Shown piece after piece: positions 9,387 through 17,743 of a DNA stretch of 45,926 nucleotides. The DNA lies in the IMG/VR virus record IMGVR_UViG_3300033518_000101, positions 1 to 45,926 of that record; one strand, given 5' to 3'. Source of the stretch: a virus. Taxonomy: Duplodnaviria; Caudoviricetes. The position numbers and the translations under genes were made by a program. The notes beneath the pieces were generated by a model, which had not been told where the DNA came from, did no database searches, and saw only the letters and a program-made list of their open reading frames with translations. Numbering within the stretch: the stretch's first letter is position 1; each line of letters starts with the position of its first letter.

Positions 9387-9563
9387 TTATTCTGGCTGGA
9401 CCTCGCGGTAGAGGCGATCCATGTCAGCGAAGCCCAGCTCGCGCATAAAATCGCGCGAGCATTCGGCCCGGGTGTCCATCAGGAAGGCCGCAAAGGCCTC
9501 GCGCTCTCCAGCTGGCAAGTGAGCCAGCTCGGTGGCAATTTTTTCGAACTTGGGGTTATTCAT
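9387..9563 (-). CDS. Small hypothetical protein (58 aa)
   Basis: MNNPKFEKIATELAHL...; AAGGAG RBS; ATGA overlap with the upstream ORF. Confidence 0.65.
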   Translation of the reverse strand: MNNPKFEKIATELAHLPAGEREAFAAFLMDTRAECSRDFMRELGFADMDRLYREVQPE

Positions 9564-9682
9564 TGTGCGAGCTCCTTGCGCAGTTGCAACAGATTGGAAT
9601 GCAGCATGTTCCAGCGGCTTTGGCGGACGCGGATTGGATAGTTCACGCGGAGCCAGAGAACAGCGTATGCAAGACGTTTCAT
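9560..9682 (-). CDS. Small hypothetical protein (40 aa)
   Basis: MKRLAYAVLWLRVNYP...; ATGA overlaps at both ends. Confidence 0.55.
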   Translation of the reverse strand: MKRLAYAVLWLRVNYPIRVRQSRWNMLHSNLLQLRKELAQ

Positions 9683-10005
9683 GCTCTCACTCCTAGAAGT
9701 TTACGTTCCGCGGCGGTCAGCTTGGCCAGCGCAGTCTCTCGGGCAAGCTGGCTCTGACCACGTTCCTCGGCACGTTTGCGCCTTTTTGCCTCGGCCTTGC
9801 GACGCCGTGCGTCCTCGGCCTTGTGCTCTTTCCACCAGCGTTCCAGCTCGCCACGGGCTACGCCTGCCTCCATCCAGTCAATCCTGTCGAAAAATGACTT
9901 CAGGACGGTCTGGTCTTCAATGGTGGAGAGAATTGCGCACAACGACGCACTCAGCATGGACCGTTCTGCAAGTTCTTCGTCCAGCCAGTCATCTTCACAC
10001 GGCAT
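9679..10005 (-). CDS. Hypothetical protein
   Basis: 108 aa with an AAGGA RBS; packed in the operon. Confidence 0.7.
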   Translation of the reverse strand: MPCEDDWLDEELAERSMLSASLCAILSTIEDQTVLKSFFDRIDWMEAGVARGELERWWKEHKAEDARRRKAEAKRRKRAEERGQSQLARETALAKLTAAERKLLGVRA

Positions 10006-10007
10006 GA

Positions 10008-10190
10008 TTAGAATCCTTCATTGTCACGTGGCGTCCACACGTCCGCCACTTTCACCAACGCCCAGGCCAGCACCACAGTGATGCCCTGAACTGCAATTTC
10101 CAGCGTCATGGGCGAGTTCAAGATCGGCCCGAGCTGATAGGTGGCCCACGTCGCGTAGGTAAGGGCAACTGCGAGGGGGAGGTTTTTCAT
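10008..10190 (-). CDS. Small membrane protein
   Basis: Two hydrophobic segments; ATGA overlap. Confidence 0.6.
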   Translation of the reverse strand: MKNLPLAVALTYATWATYQLGPILNSPMTLEIAVQGITVVLAWALVKVADVWTPRDNEGF

Positions 10191-10393
10191 GACCAAGTCT
10201 TTCCTTGTTTGAGGAGTTCAAGCTTGCGCCAAAGCACAAAGGTTTTGCGGGTGACGTGAAGGGCGTAGACCAGCACAATCACTGCAAAGATCAGCAAGGC
10301 CGGATGCGCGCCGGTCCAGAACGAGAACAGCACGTTGGCTGTCTGCATGACGTTGATGAACAGCATCAGGAAGAAGCTACCGCGGATACCCAT
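10187..10393 (-). CDS. Small membrane protein
   Basis: MGIRGSFFLMLF...; TAATG overlap; two hydrophobic segments. Confidence 0.6.
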   Translation of the reverse strand: MGIRGSFFLMLFINVMQTANVLFSFWTGAHPALLIFAVIVLVYALHVTRKTFVLWRKLELLKQGKTWS

Positions 10394-10668
10394 TATGCAG
10401 TCACCGTCGACAGCATGGAGGCCGGCACGTTCCAAAAAAGGCCGGTGGCGTTGTCTTTGACCAGGCAGTTTTTCAGCTTGATCTTGGTCACCGTGCCAAC
10501 AACAAGACCACGCTTGCCGTTGAATTGGACTTTGTTGCCTACCGCAAGCGCGCGGGCGTTGAGCTTGCCCAATTGTGCGCGGCGGTATTGCATGGCTTCA
10601 ACCACCGCTTTGATCTCGTCGGCGTTCATCGTCATCACTTCAGCAATCACAGTTTTCAAGTTACTCAT
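10393..10668 (-). CDS. Small SH3-like hypothetical early protein
   Basis: LAVGNKVQF..GTVTKIK..WNVPASML; first gene after the promoter. Confidence 0.7.
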   Translation of the reverse strand: MSNLKTVIAEVMTMNADEIKAVVEAMQYRRAQLGKLNARALAVGNKVQFNGKRGLVVGTVTKIKLKNCLVKDNATGLFWNVPASMLSTVTA

Positions 10669-10703
10669 TGTGTGTGTGTCTCTGTTTTCTTACGCTACAG
10701 TTA

Positions 10704-10732
10704 ACATTAGCATGAGATGCCGACGGTGTCAA
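10704..10732 (-). promoter_or_regulatory. Sigma70-like early promoter
   Basis: TTGACA-N17-TAATGT with an extended -10 TG. Confidence 0.7.
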
Positions 10733-10742
10733 CCGGTTTTTC

Positions 10743-10806
10743 ATAAATAACAGTGTAGTTCGCGAGCGCCAACTCCAACTACTCTGTTGCCTGGGAGGGC
10801 AACAGC
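10743..10806 (+). promoter_or_regulatory. Conserved late promoter plus two-hairpin leader of the repeated endonuclease element (copy A)
   Basis: ATAAATAacAGTGTAGTTCGCGAGCGCCAACTCCAACTACTCTGTTGCC...GGCAACAGC-ATG, shared with 30566-30625 and 40463-40526. Confidence 0.85.
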
Positions 10807-11388
10807 ATGAATATTTACCCATACGTCTATCGCGTGGACCGCCCAAGTGGTGAATTCTACATTGGCTATCGCTGCGCAAACACTGTGCCTGCCGAAGAAG
10901 ACCGTAGCCGCAAATACAAAACCAGCACTAGACATTTATCCTATCCATTTGAGGAATACACACTTACTGTGTTAGCAGAGTTTTTCACTGCTACTGCTAA
11001 GACAGACGCTCTTGACTTCAAACAGGCAACTATATACGAGCATTGGGGAGATGCTCTTCTAGCAAACAAGGCATGTCATTACAACCATAGAAAACGATTC
11101 AGCACGGCTGGTCTGCCTCATAAACAGAAAACTAGGTCAAAAATGTCAGTCTCAGCAATGCACCGAGAGCCGCAAAGTGAAGAGACTAAAGCTAAAAGGT
11201 TGGCGGCCCTTAAAGGCAAGCCCCGCAGCGAAGAGATCAAGCAAAAAATCTCATTGAGCAGGAAGGGTAAAACTCACAGTGCCGAGACTAGAGCAAAAAT
11301 ATCAGCAGCAAACACTGGTAAGACGCCCAATGCAGAATCTAGAGCAAAAATGTCAGCGTCGGCAAAGCGTCGAACCTCTGTCAGATGA
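10807..11388 (+). CDS. GIY-YIG/NUMOD3 endonuclease, copy A (likely catalytic Glu replaced by Lys)
   Basis: YVYR..EFYIGYR and NUMOD3 repeats (HSAETRAKISAA); DFKQ where the other copies read DFEQ. Confidence 0.8.
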   Translation: MNIYPYVYRVDRPSGEFYIGYRCANTVPAEEDRSRKYKTSTRHLSYPFEEYTLTVLAEFFTATAKTDALDFKQATIYEHWGDALLANKACHYNHRKRFSTAGLPHKQKTRSKMSVSAMHREPQSEETKAKRLAALKGKPRSEEIKQKISLSRKGKTHSAETRAKISAANTGKTPNAESRAKMSASAKRRTSVR

Positions 11389-11605
11389 TGAATTCTAGCC
11401 ATTCGGCAATTTGTTCGACGTGACGGCACTTGCCGCGATACGTCATGCCAGGGCAGTCGCAGGTAAAGCCTTTGGGCGTCATGGTCACGGTGTGCGTGGT
11501 GTCTTTCTTGGTGCCCTTCAAGCACCAACTGTCACCAAGCGCAACGTGGCTCTTGTAGTCGATGCCAGCTGGCTTGTAAACGCGAGGTCCGAATTTTCTG
11601 GCCAT
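11381..11605 (-). CDS. SWIM-type zinc-finger protein
   Basis: FTCDCPG...KCRH motif. Confidence 0.75.
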   Translation of the reverse strand: MARKFGPRVYKPAGIDYKSHVALGDSWCLKGTKKDTTHTVTMTPKGFTCDCPGMTYRGKCRHVEQIAEWLEFII

Positions 11606-11633
11606 TAGAGCTGCCTTTGTTGCCTACATGCTC

Positions 11634-11661
11634 AGTATAGCACGTTATGTGGCTAGGTCAA
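11634..11661 (-). promoter_or_regulatory. Sigma70-like early promoter
   Basis: TTGACC-N16-TATACT with an extended TG. Confidence 0.65.
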
Positions 11662-11777
11662 CCATCATCTTCATCATCGTCAAGGTCTTCCGGCTTGAGG
11701 ACACCACCGGCTGCAACCAGCTCGTAAACACCAGCTTCTGGCTGATCAGCAAACTTATACCAAGGCCATAGCCTCAT
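11658..11777 (-). CDS. Small acidic hypothetical protein (39 aa)
   Basis: MRLWPWYKFADQPEAG...DDDEDDG; fills the gap in the operon. Confidence 0.4.
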   Translation of the reverse strand: MRLWPWYKFADQPEAGVYELVAAGGVLKPEDLDDDEDDG

Positions 11778-11781
11778 GATT

Positions 11782-12407
11782 TCACCCGTGTGTTTCGAGG
11801 ATGGTTGCAGCCTGCTTTGCCAGTTCTTCAAGGTGGACTGGCGTGTAGTTGATGGCCTCTACGCTGACGTTGATGTAACGTCCCTCAGGGCTGGGGTTCT
11901 GGTGGATGTGACCATGCACGTTCACCAAGTTGTTGCCGCTGCCCGGTGCGCCAGGCTCATGCTGGCTCTGGTGCAGCGGGATATGGCTGAGGTGCAGCTT
12001 GAGGTCGTAGAACTTGCGCTCGAGGTAAACGCTTTTGAAGAAGCCGCCACTGGCAAGGAATTTGATGTCATCGTGGTTGCCTACGATGAGATTCTTGCTG
12101 CCGTGCAGCCGTGGCCAAAAGGCCTTGAAGCGGTCTCGCCCGGCTCCGCGGTGGTCCATGAACACGTCACCAAGGTGGTAAACCTTGTCGCCTTTGCCCA
12201 CAGTCTTGTTCCACTTGTCCACCATATGCTCGTCCATCTCGTCAACGTCTTTGAAGCCGGGTCGAACGGGCAGTCCCGTGCGGCTGTCAATGAAGTTGAG
12301 GATATTGGCATGGAAGAAGTGGCTAATGTGTGTCGGAAATTACCCAAGTATTATTGAGATTCCGACACACATTTAGCCTCCTTTCGGTTCCAAAGTTTTC
12401 CATTATG
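11782..12407 (-). pseudogene. Calcineurin-like metallophosphoesterase with a disrupted 5' end
   Basis: TWVISDTH is followed by a stop and frameshift before HFFHANIL; downstream motifs HLGDV, GNHD, SHIP, HGHIH and INVSVE are intact. Confidence 0.75.
12321..12378. repeat. 20-bp near-perfect inverted repeat
   Basis: GGCTAATGTGTGTCGGAAAT ... ATTCCGACACACATTTAGCC. Confidence 0.9.
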
Positions 12408-12409
12408 AT

Positions 12410-12686
12410 ACTCCTTAATAAGTGCAAGACATTTTTCTTGCTCAATCCAGTTAGTATAACTGGTATTTTGTATGTTGTCAAATTATTTGAGGTGTGATTG
12501 AGTCTGACTGAATATTTTTTGAGGCACTTTTTTTAACGTTGTCTGAATGCAGCATAATATGGCAATTTTCTGGATGCCGAAGTAGCTCTGGATATATTCC
12601 AAGCTCAAAGCCACTTTTCCTTGACAGTCGATGATCTCTTACTAATCCACGAGTATTACTCTTTACATTAAACACACCAAACACCT
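12410..12686 (-). pseudogene. C-terminal remnant of an HNH endonuclease
   Basis: VRDHRLSRKSGF...HPENCHIMLHSDNVKK; lacks an N-terminus, is frameshifted and AT-rich. Confidence 0.65.
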
Positions 12687-13091
12687 CTCATATCCGTTTG
12701 AGGAATACAGCCAGACAATCCTGGCCGAGTTCTATCTGCCCTCAGGCAAGGACGACGCTTCCGACTTTGAGCAACTGACTATATTTGAAAGCTGGGGAGA
12801 TCCACTGTTAGTAAACAAGAGATGCCATTATGGAAAAGTTAGGTGGAGCACTGCGGGAAAGACATGCTCAGACGAACACAGGAGGAAGCTGTCAGAAGCA
12901 AACCGGGGCGTCCCTGGTAAGCCCCACTCTGATGAGACTAAACGAAAGATGTCGGAAGCACGGAGCAGGAGGATAACCTCGGATGAGACCACGCAGAAGA
13001 TGTCTGAGGCATGGCGCGGCAAAGCTCGGAAGCCGTTCTCAGCTGAACACCGGGCAAAGCTCTCAGAGACGTGTGGCAGGCGGCTCAATAA
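12686..13091 (+). pseudogene. 5'-truncated GIY-YIG/NUMOD3 element, copy D
   Basis: SYPFEEYSQTILAEFYLPSGKDDASDFEQLTIFESWGDPLLVNKRCHYG plus NUMOD3 repeats; closely similar to copies B and C. Confidence 0.85.
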
Positions 13092-13245
13092 AAAGTTCGA
13101 TCAGCGCCCAGATCACCCAGATGCCCGGCAAGAACAGCATAAGCAGCAAGGTCATTAAAAAGTTGCGACGGAACGTGCGGATTGCCCCCACTATGAGGGC
13201 AACCAGCATGAACAAGAAAAAGAGGCCGCCTAGAACTTCTGTCAT
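13063..13245 (-). CDS. Small membrane protein
   Basis: MTEVLGGLFFLFMLVALIVG...; ATGA overlap. Confidence 0.65.
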   Translation of the reverse strand: MTEVLGGLFFLFMLVALIVGAIRTFRRNFLMTLLLMLFLPGIWVIWALIELFIEPPATRL

Positions 13246-13940
13246 TTGCTCTTTCCATACGTGAACGAACCAGCTAGCGGCTTGTCTGCCAGGAAGGCCA
13301 TGGTTTGGTTGATGCTGAGGTTTGGCCAATCTTGGGCAAACATCTTTACATCGAGGCGGCGCTGGTGGATCGGGTCACCACCGCCGACGCCAGTGTGGAT
13401 GCGGGTGCCGGACCAGCAATCGCTGCCGGACCCAAACCCTTTGGTGTGACTGAGGGTATAGCCAATGCGACCGCTCCATCCCGGATAACCCTTGGGCCTG
13501 CCATCTTTGGCTTCATGGCTGCTCCGACAGGTCACACCGCCAACAGGGCAAGCCATGCTGTTGCTTACGCTGTTACTCCAGGTTAGCTGGAGGTAGGTAA
13601 TGGTTACCTTGAAGTCGGCGCGAATGCTGGGATCAATCTTGCTGTGCAATCCCCGCGCACCAGCGGCGATGTCGAAAAACACTTCGCCGTGGAGGTGGAT
13701 CCAGTCGATCACGCTCTGCCAGTCTGGCTGGTTCCACATTTGGCTGAGCAGCTTCTGGTGCTTGATCTCTTTTGCACGTCGGTGCATTCTGGTTTCCCTT
13801 AGGTCACGCAAATGCTTGGTGTAGCTGGGCTTGGTTGCGAAGAGGTCGCCAGTCCAAGGACACTGGAAAGCCCGGGCAACTTTTGCCTCTTCAAGAGGGA
13901 TCATCTTCCCTGCGCCTTTGTATACTTTGATTGCTGGCAT
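13242..13940 (-). CDS. Hypothetical protein
   Basis: Long ORF; probable start MPAIKV after GAGG, with an alternative start at 13991. Confidence 0.75.
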   Translation of the reverse strand: MPAIKVYKGAGKMIPLEEAKVARAFQCPWTGDLFATKPSYTKHLRDLRETRMHRRAKEIKHQKLLSQMWNQPDWQSVIDWIHLHGEVFFDIAAGARGLHSKIDPSIRADFKVTITYLQLTWSNSVSNSMACPVGGVTCRSSHEAKDGRPKGYPGWSGRIGYTLSHTKGFGSGSDCWSGTRIHTGVGGGDPIHQRRLDVKMFAQDWPNLSINQTMAFLADKPLAGSFTYGKSK

Positions 13941-14068
13941 TTCGTCCTCGTGAATTTGGGTGAGCAGTTTTGTTTTGACAACAGTCGACATGCCGGGTCG
14001 ACTAGAATAATTAAATATGTGTTATGACAACTGTCGGTCTCATCTCTCATCTCCGTTGCCTACAGTTA

Positions 14069-14096
14069 ACAATAGCATGTCTGCAGGGTGTGTCAA
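14069..14096 (-). promoter_or_regulatory. Sigma70-like early promoter
   Basis: TTGACA-N16-TATTGT; shares TGCTAnTGTTAACTGTAG with the promoter at 10704. Confidence 0.7.
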
Positions 14097-14253
14097 CCTA
14101 AATCAGAACGGGTGCCCGTTTGCATCCTGGATGGTGCGCGGGCCAATGAACTTGGCGCGCTCTGCATGGTAAGCCACTGCACTGTGGTGGTTGCGGATCT
14201 GTGCTTCAAAGTAGCGCACAACACTGGCGCGCCGTCGGCGCGCGTGTCAACCG

Positions 14254-14883
14254 TTATCGCTTGAACAAACCACTGGCAACCATTGCGTCCAGCGCCTCAA
14301 GGGTGCCGTTGTTCTCAATGATTACGTCAAAGTGTTTGTCGTCATCTACCCAATGCCATTCGCTTGGGTGGATGTCGCTGCGGAAACACATTGGCGCGCG
14401 CTCTGGGTTGTCCCTGCTTGCCACTGCTTTGTTCCACCAGTCTGGTAACTCACCACGGCGCACCTGCCACACTTCGCCGCCAAGGATGCCAATCATCTCT
14501 TGCTCGTTTTCAAAGCGCACGTCGGGGATGACCCAATTCTTGTCTGGATCGGCTTGGATCCGCTGCTTGACTAGTGACACCCAAATGCTTTCATCAAAGC
14601 CCTTCCTCATGCACTCTGTGCCCATTAGCTGTAGCACCAGGCGAGGGGTGATTTCGCGGCACAGCTCATTTGTCCAAAATGTGTCGGGGACCTGGCGCCA
14701 GTCTCTGCTGTCTTTTGTGTCGCCTTCTAGCAAATCACGCGGCCAGCCAAAGATGGCGGCGGCACCGTCCTTAAGACGGTCAGCAAAGCTCAATTTTTCA
14801 AACCCATACTTGTTAACCAGGATGTCAGCAACTGTGCCTTTACCGCTGCCGATCAATCCACATACACCGATTACTTTTCCCAT
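14254..14883 (-). CDS. Deoxynucleoside monophosphate kinase (T4 gp1-like)
   Basis: GLIGSGKGT, SFADRLK, TPRLVLQLMGTE, DVRFENE, HPSE motifs. Confidence 0.92.
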   Translation of the reverse strand: MGKVIGVCGLIGSGKGTVADILVNKYGFEKLSFADRLKDGAAAIFGWPRDLLEGDTKDSRDWRQVPDTFWTNELCREITPRLVLQLMGTECMRKGFDESIWVSLVKQRIQADPDKNWVIPDVRFENEQEMIGILGGEVWQVRRGELPDWWNKAVASRDNPERAPMCFRSDIHPSEWHWVDDDKHFDVIIENNGTLEALDAMVASGLFKR

Positions 14884-14994
14884 ACCACTCCTTTGTAGTT
14901 TCTACTGCCGTCTGCCTTGATCCACTCGGCTTTGAGTAGAGCAAGGAGCCTGTTGAGTTCCAACAGGTCACTGTTTTTATTCATGCTGCGGTCC

Positions 14995-15177
14995 TTATTC
15001 ATTAACTATACACGATCCGAATCTCAAAGTAAACATAATTGCGTCTGCCTCGTTTTCAAAGTAGAAAACATTGCCCATTCGTTGATGAACGACCTGGTTC
15101 TTTTGTAGCCACAGAGCTGCTTGATACACCGGGCGGTTTTGGTAGGGTAGACGGACTTTGAAGGCCTGGTTAAACAT
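14995..15177 (-). CDS. Small protein of the FxFxxExxAxxFxL family
   Basis: MGNVFYFENEADAIMFTLRF. Confidence 0.65.
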   Translation of the reverse strand: MFNQAFKVRLPYQNRPVYQAALWLQKNQVVHQRMGNVFYFENEADAIMFTLRFGSCIVNE

Positions 15178-15374
15178 CAGCCAAACCACAGCGTAAACAA
15201 CACTGCCTCGTGCTCGCGCTTGAACCAAAACACGTTGCCCATCTTGACATAGCCCGGGCCGTTCTCTTCGGCCCATTCAACAGCGTCTAGGAACGGGTCC
15301 GTGCCGGCAGCGTTTGCGCGCGCCTTGTAGAACACGCTCATTATGTCGCCGAAGTGCTCAATGTCCAGTTTCAA
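15177..15374 (-). CDS. Small protein of the FxFxxExxAxxFxL family
   Basis: MGNVFWFKREHEAVLFTLWFG; paralog of its neighbour. Confidence 0.65.
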   Translation of the reverse strand: MKLDIEHFGDIMSVFYKARANAAGTDPFLDAVEWAEENGPGYVKMGNVFWFKREHEAVLFTLWFG

Positions 15375-15585
15375 GGACGTATCTCGTTTTGAATGTGACA
15401 GGTTCTTCGTAGGGCGTTACACTGTAGCCACCAAGGCGGACCGGCGTTGCTTCTTCTTCAGTCAGCCACGTCTGGCGTCCTGGCATGTATGGGATATACC
15501 ACCTTGCAGTGCCAGCGGCTGTTTGAACAGATCCAGTAAGTGGTTCTGCCAAGTGCTGCCGCACTGTATATTGCTTCTTGGTCAA
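15358..15585 (-). CDS. Small hypothetical protein
   Basis: WLTEEEAT..RLGGYSVTPY motif shared with the upstream paralog. Confidence 0.55.
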   Translation of the reverse strand: MTKKQYTVRQHLAEPLTGSVQTAAGTARWYIPYMPGRQTWLTEEEATPVRLGGYSVTPYEEPVTFKTRYVLETGH

Positions 15586-15900
15586 TCTGTTATCTCGATG
15601 TCAACAAAATTGATGATTTGCAGAGGCTTGGGCTTTTTGTATGGGGTGACCTTGTAGCCCTTTGAGACGCCTCAGGGTTGCTTCCTCTTCACTCAGCCAC
15701 TTGGTTTCGGTTCGGACCAATGGCATATACAAGCTAATACTGTCACCATAGTATTGTATGTATGGACGCGGCTCTTGTCCCTCAACCAGTGTATACTTCT
15801 CTTTCTTCAGCGCGCGAGCAGCGAGTTCGTGCTTTTTCTGCCGCGAAGCTGCCAGCTGTTCCTGCCATGTGGGCACGCCTCGCTTAGAAAGGTGGGTCAT
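15582..15900 (-). CDS. Small hypothetical protein with a probable frameshift near 15660
   Basis: WLSEEEATLRRLK, then the alternative frame reads GYKVTPY...ITD* and overlaps the next start (TTGA). Confidence 0.55.
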
Positions 15901-16279
15901 TTTTGTCCAGCTTGATTGGCGCCTTGCCCTCGAGGATGCGCATCACGTTCTTGGCGTCCAGCTTTTCCTTGTTGAGGCGGATGCGCTCAATCGCACGGGT
16001 TTCTGCCTTGGGCCGCGTCTTGTGCAGCTTGTAGCCCAGGCTGATGTCGTAGTCCCGTGCCCAACCAATGCCGGCGAGGAAGGCCGCCACCTGGTTGATG
16101 TCGCCACTGAAGAAGCTGGCTTTGCGGTTGTAACCAGGCAGGATGTTCTCATCTGCCATTGGCACCAAGGTGATGAGGTCGCTGTTGCGCCTGTATGGGT
16201 CGTTGCCAAACTCAAACCCAAGCTCGTTGGCCGCGGCTTCAACTTCATTGAAGCGCCGATACATGTTCAGGCGGTGCAT
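15884..16279 (-). CDS. Hypothetical protein
   Basis: 131 aa with a GGAGG RBS. Confidence 0.7.
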   Translation of the reverse strand: MHRLNMYRRFNEVEAAANELGFEFGNDPYRRNSDLITLVPMADENILPGYNRKASFFSGDINQVAAFLAGIGWARDYDISLGYKLHKTRPKAETRAIERIRLNKEKLDAKNVMRILEGKAPIKLDKNDPPF

Positions 16280-16626
16280 ACAATAACCCTCCGTTGCGTT
16301 TTCTTTTCAGCGCGCCAGTATGGCTGTCCGTGTTTGCGGATAAAGCCCACCGGCGCCTGCGGGCTTTCATCGGCCATGCCACGCACGTCTTCCATGCAGA
16401 GATCGCCGCTGACGTTGAACGTCCAAATCTCAGGGTCGCGAAGCACCATGTAGTTGAGGTTGAACTCTGGTTTGTATTCTGTGCCAGCCAGTCCGGCCAT
16501 CACTGCCTTACTGTGCTCTTCGGTGAGATTGAAGATGCCCTCAAAGCCAAGGCAGTCCCAATACGCAAGGTAGGTGCTGCCAGCTGGGGTTTCTTCGTCT
16601 TCGATGTAGTCTTCGTCTTCCATCAT
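16267..16626 (-). CDS. Hypothetical protein
   Basis: WDCLGFE..NLT motif; GAGG RBS. Confidence 0.7.
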   Translation of the reverse strand: MMEDEDYIEDEETPAGSTYLAYWDCLGFEGIFNLTEEHSKAVMAGLAGTEYKPEFNLNYMVLRDPEIWTFNVSGDLCMEDVRGMADESPQAPVGFIRKHGQPYWRAEKKTQRRVIVCTA

Positions 16627-16850
16627 TTGAACCTCAGTGCAAATAGCAAAGATGTTTCTTCGTCAACAAAGCAGTAGGTGTCAACGTCCATAGTTACAAC
16701 CACCCCAGTCTGCGCCTTAATCCAGGCAGTAGCTTCTTCTCGCTTGGTGTAGTCATTGAGGTCGATTTTGTGCGGGAACCTGTTTTCCACAGTGGTCCAC
16801 CAGCCCGAATCACCATTGTTGTAGTAGTGTTCCTCGGTCATTGCCGACAC
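16623..16850 (-). CDS. Small protein of the FxFxxExxAxxFxL family
   Basis: C-terminal YCFVDEETSLLFALRFK. Confidence 0.65.
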   Translation of the reverse strand: MSAMTEEHYYNNGDSGWWTTVENRFPHKIDLNDYTKREEATAWIKAQTGVVVTMDVDTYCFVDEETSLLFALRFK

Positions 16851-16853
16851 ACC

Positions 16854-17051
16854 TCACTCCGGATCGTCGAACTTGCGCAGGTCGTATTCGCCAGTGGCAG
16901 TGCGTTTCCAGCGCAAGTAGCCTGCTTTGCGCAAGCTATCAACAGCGCGGGTGGTTCCAGCAAGGACGCCGCTGCGAAAGCCCGTACGGTGTCCCATATA
17001 GGTGCCAAGAACGTAAACGCCCACCAGCCAGAAGAAAATCTCAAGTGTCAT
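16854..17051 (-). CDS. Small protein with an N-terminal transmembrane segment
   Basis: AAGGA RBS; hydrophobic N-terminus. Confidence 0.65.
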   Translation of the reverse strand: MTLEIFFWLVGVYVLGTYMGHRTGFRSGVLAGTTRAVDSLRKAGYLRWKRTATGEYDLRKFDDPE

Positions 17052-17060
17052 GTGCTATCC

Positions 17061-17168
17061 TTATGTAAGCAGCAAGCCGACGTAGAACAGGGCCAGCAAC
17101 ATTGCCAGGCCCACTGCGTCTTCGAGCATTTCAAGTGCTGTCACTTCAACTGCGATCACTTTGCCCAT
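17061..17168 (-). CDS. Small membrane peptide (35 aa)
   Basis: MGKVIAVEVTALEMLEDAVGLAMLLALFYVGLLLT; GAGG RBS just after a promoter. Confidence 0.55.
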   Translation of the reverse strand: MGKVIAVEVTALEMLEDAVGLAMLLALFYVGLLLT

Positions 17169-17197
17169 TATCTGCCTCTTTGCTTTGGTTATGCTTA

Positions 17198-17226
17198 ACT
17201 ATAGCGCAGGTCAGGATGACTGTCAA
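17198..17226 (-). promoter_or_regulatory. Sigma70-like early promoter
   Basis: TTGACA-N17-TATAGT. Confidence 0.7.
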
Positions 17227-17229
17227 CCG

Positions 17230-17739
17230 TTATTCTGGCAGATTGATTTTGAGCTCAACTGCGCTAGCCATGTAGATGATCCATGGGTCGTAGCCAAACG
17301 TTTCAATCCAAGCTGGATTGCTGCCAGGGTCCCATGTCCAGGGATCAGGTTGATGGTCAGGAGTAACTTCATCTGTTTCGGGTAGATCAGGGTTGAAGTT
17401 GGGATCGCGAACCGCAGTGTTTCGATACCAAGCTGGGTGCTGGTTGCAGTTGTGTGGCCCTGGGAAGAACAGCTTGTAATTCTCGCCGTCTTCCGCAATC
17501 TCTACGCTTTCAATGATGAGGTTTCTGTCGCTGTGGGCAACGCCTGAAGTGTCGCGATACACAATGTCAACCAGCGTTTCACCAGCTGGTGCTTCAAACG
17601 TGTATTCTTTGACAACACCAGTGCCGGTCACTTCAAGGTCGAACTCAACATTTTTCATGTTGATGTCTACATCCACAATAGCTGGGATTTCATTGTAGTA
17701 ACCAGTGTTGAGTTTGAGTCGTAGTTTACGCTTTGCCAT
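17230..17739 (-). CDS. Hypothetical late protein, beta-rich
   Basis: MAKRKLRLKL start lies 5 nt after ATAAATA; DRNLIIESVEI motif. Confidence 0.7.
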   Translation of the reverse strand: MAKRKLRLKLNTGYYNEIPAIVDVDINMKNVEFDLEVTGTGVVKEYTFEAPAGETLVDIVYRDTSGVAHSDRNLIIESVEIAEDGENYKLFFPGPHNCNQHPAWYRNTAVRDPNFNPDLPETDEVTPDHQPDPWTWDPGSNPAWIETFGYDPWIIYMASAVELKINLPE

Positions 17740-17743
17740 ACAA

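Noticed and set aside
13970-14045. Imperfect direct repeat (TGACAAC.GTCG) and a small GTCGAC hairpin upstream of the 13242 ORF
   Set aside because: Too short and degenerate to assign; possibly a gene-start remnant.
14104-14220. 38-codon minus-strand ORF (MRYFEAQIRNHH...)
   Set aside because: No RBS; probably a truncated remnant, so not called.
11776-16453. Long plus-strand ORFs at 11776, 14201 and 15758
   Set aside because: Antisense to better-supported genes, with no motifs or RBS.
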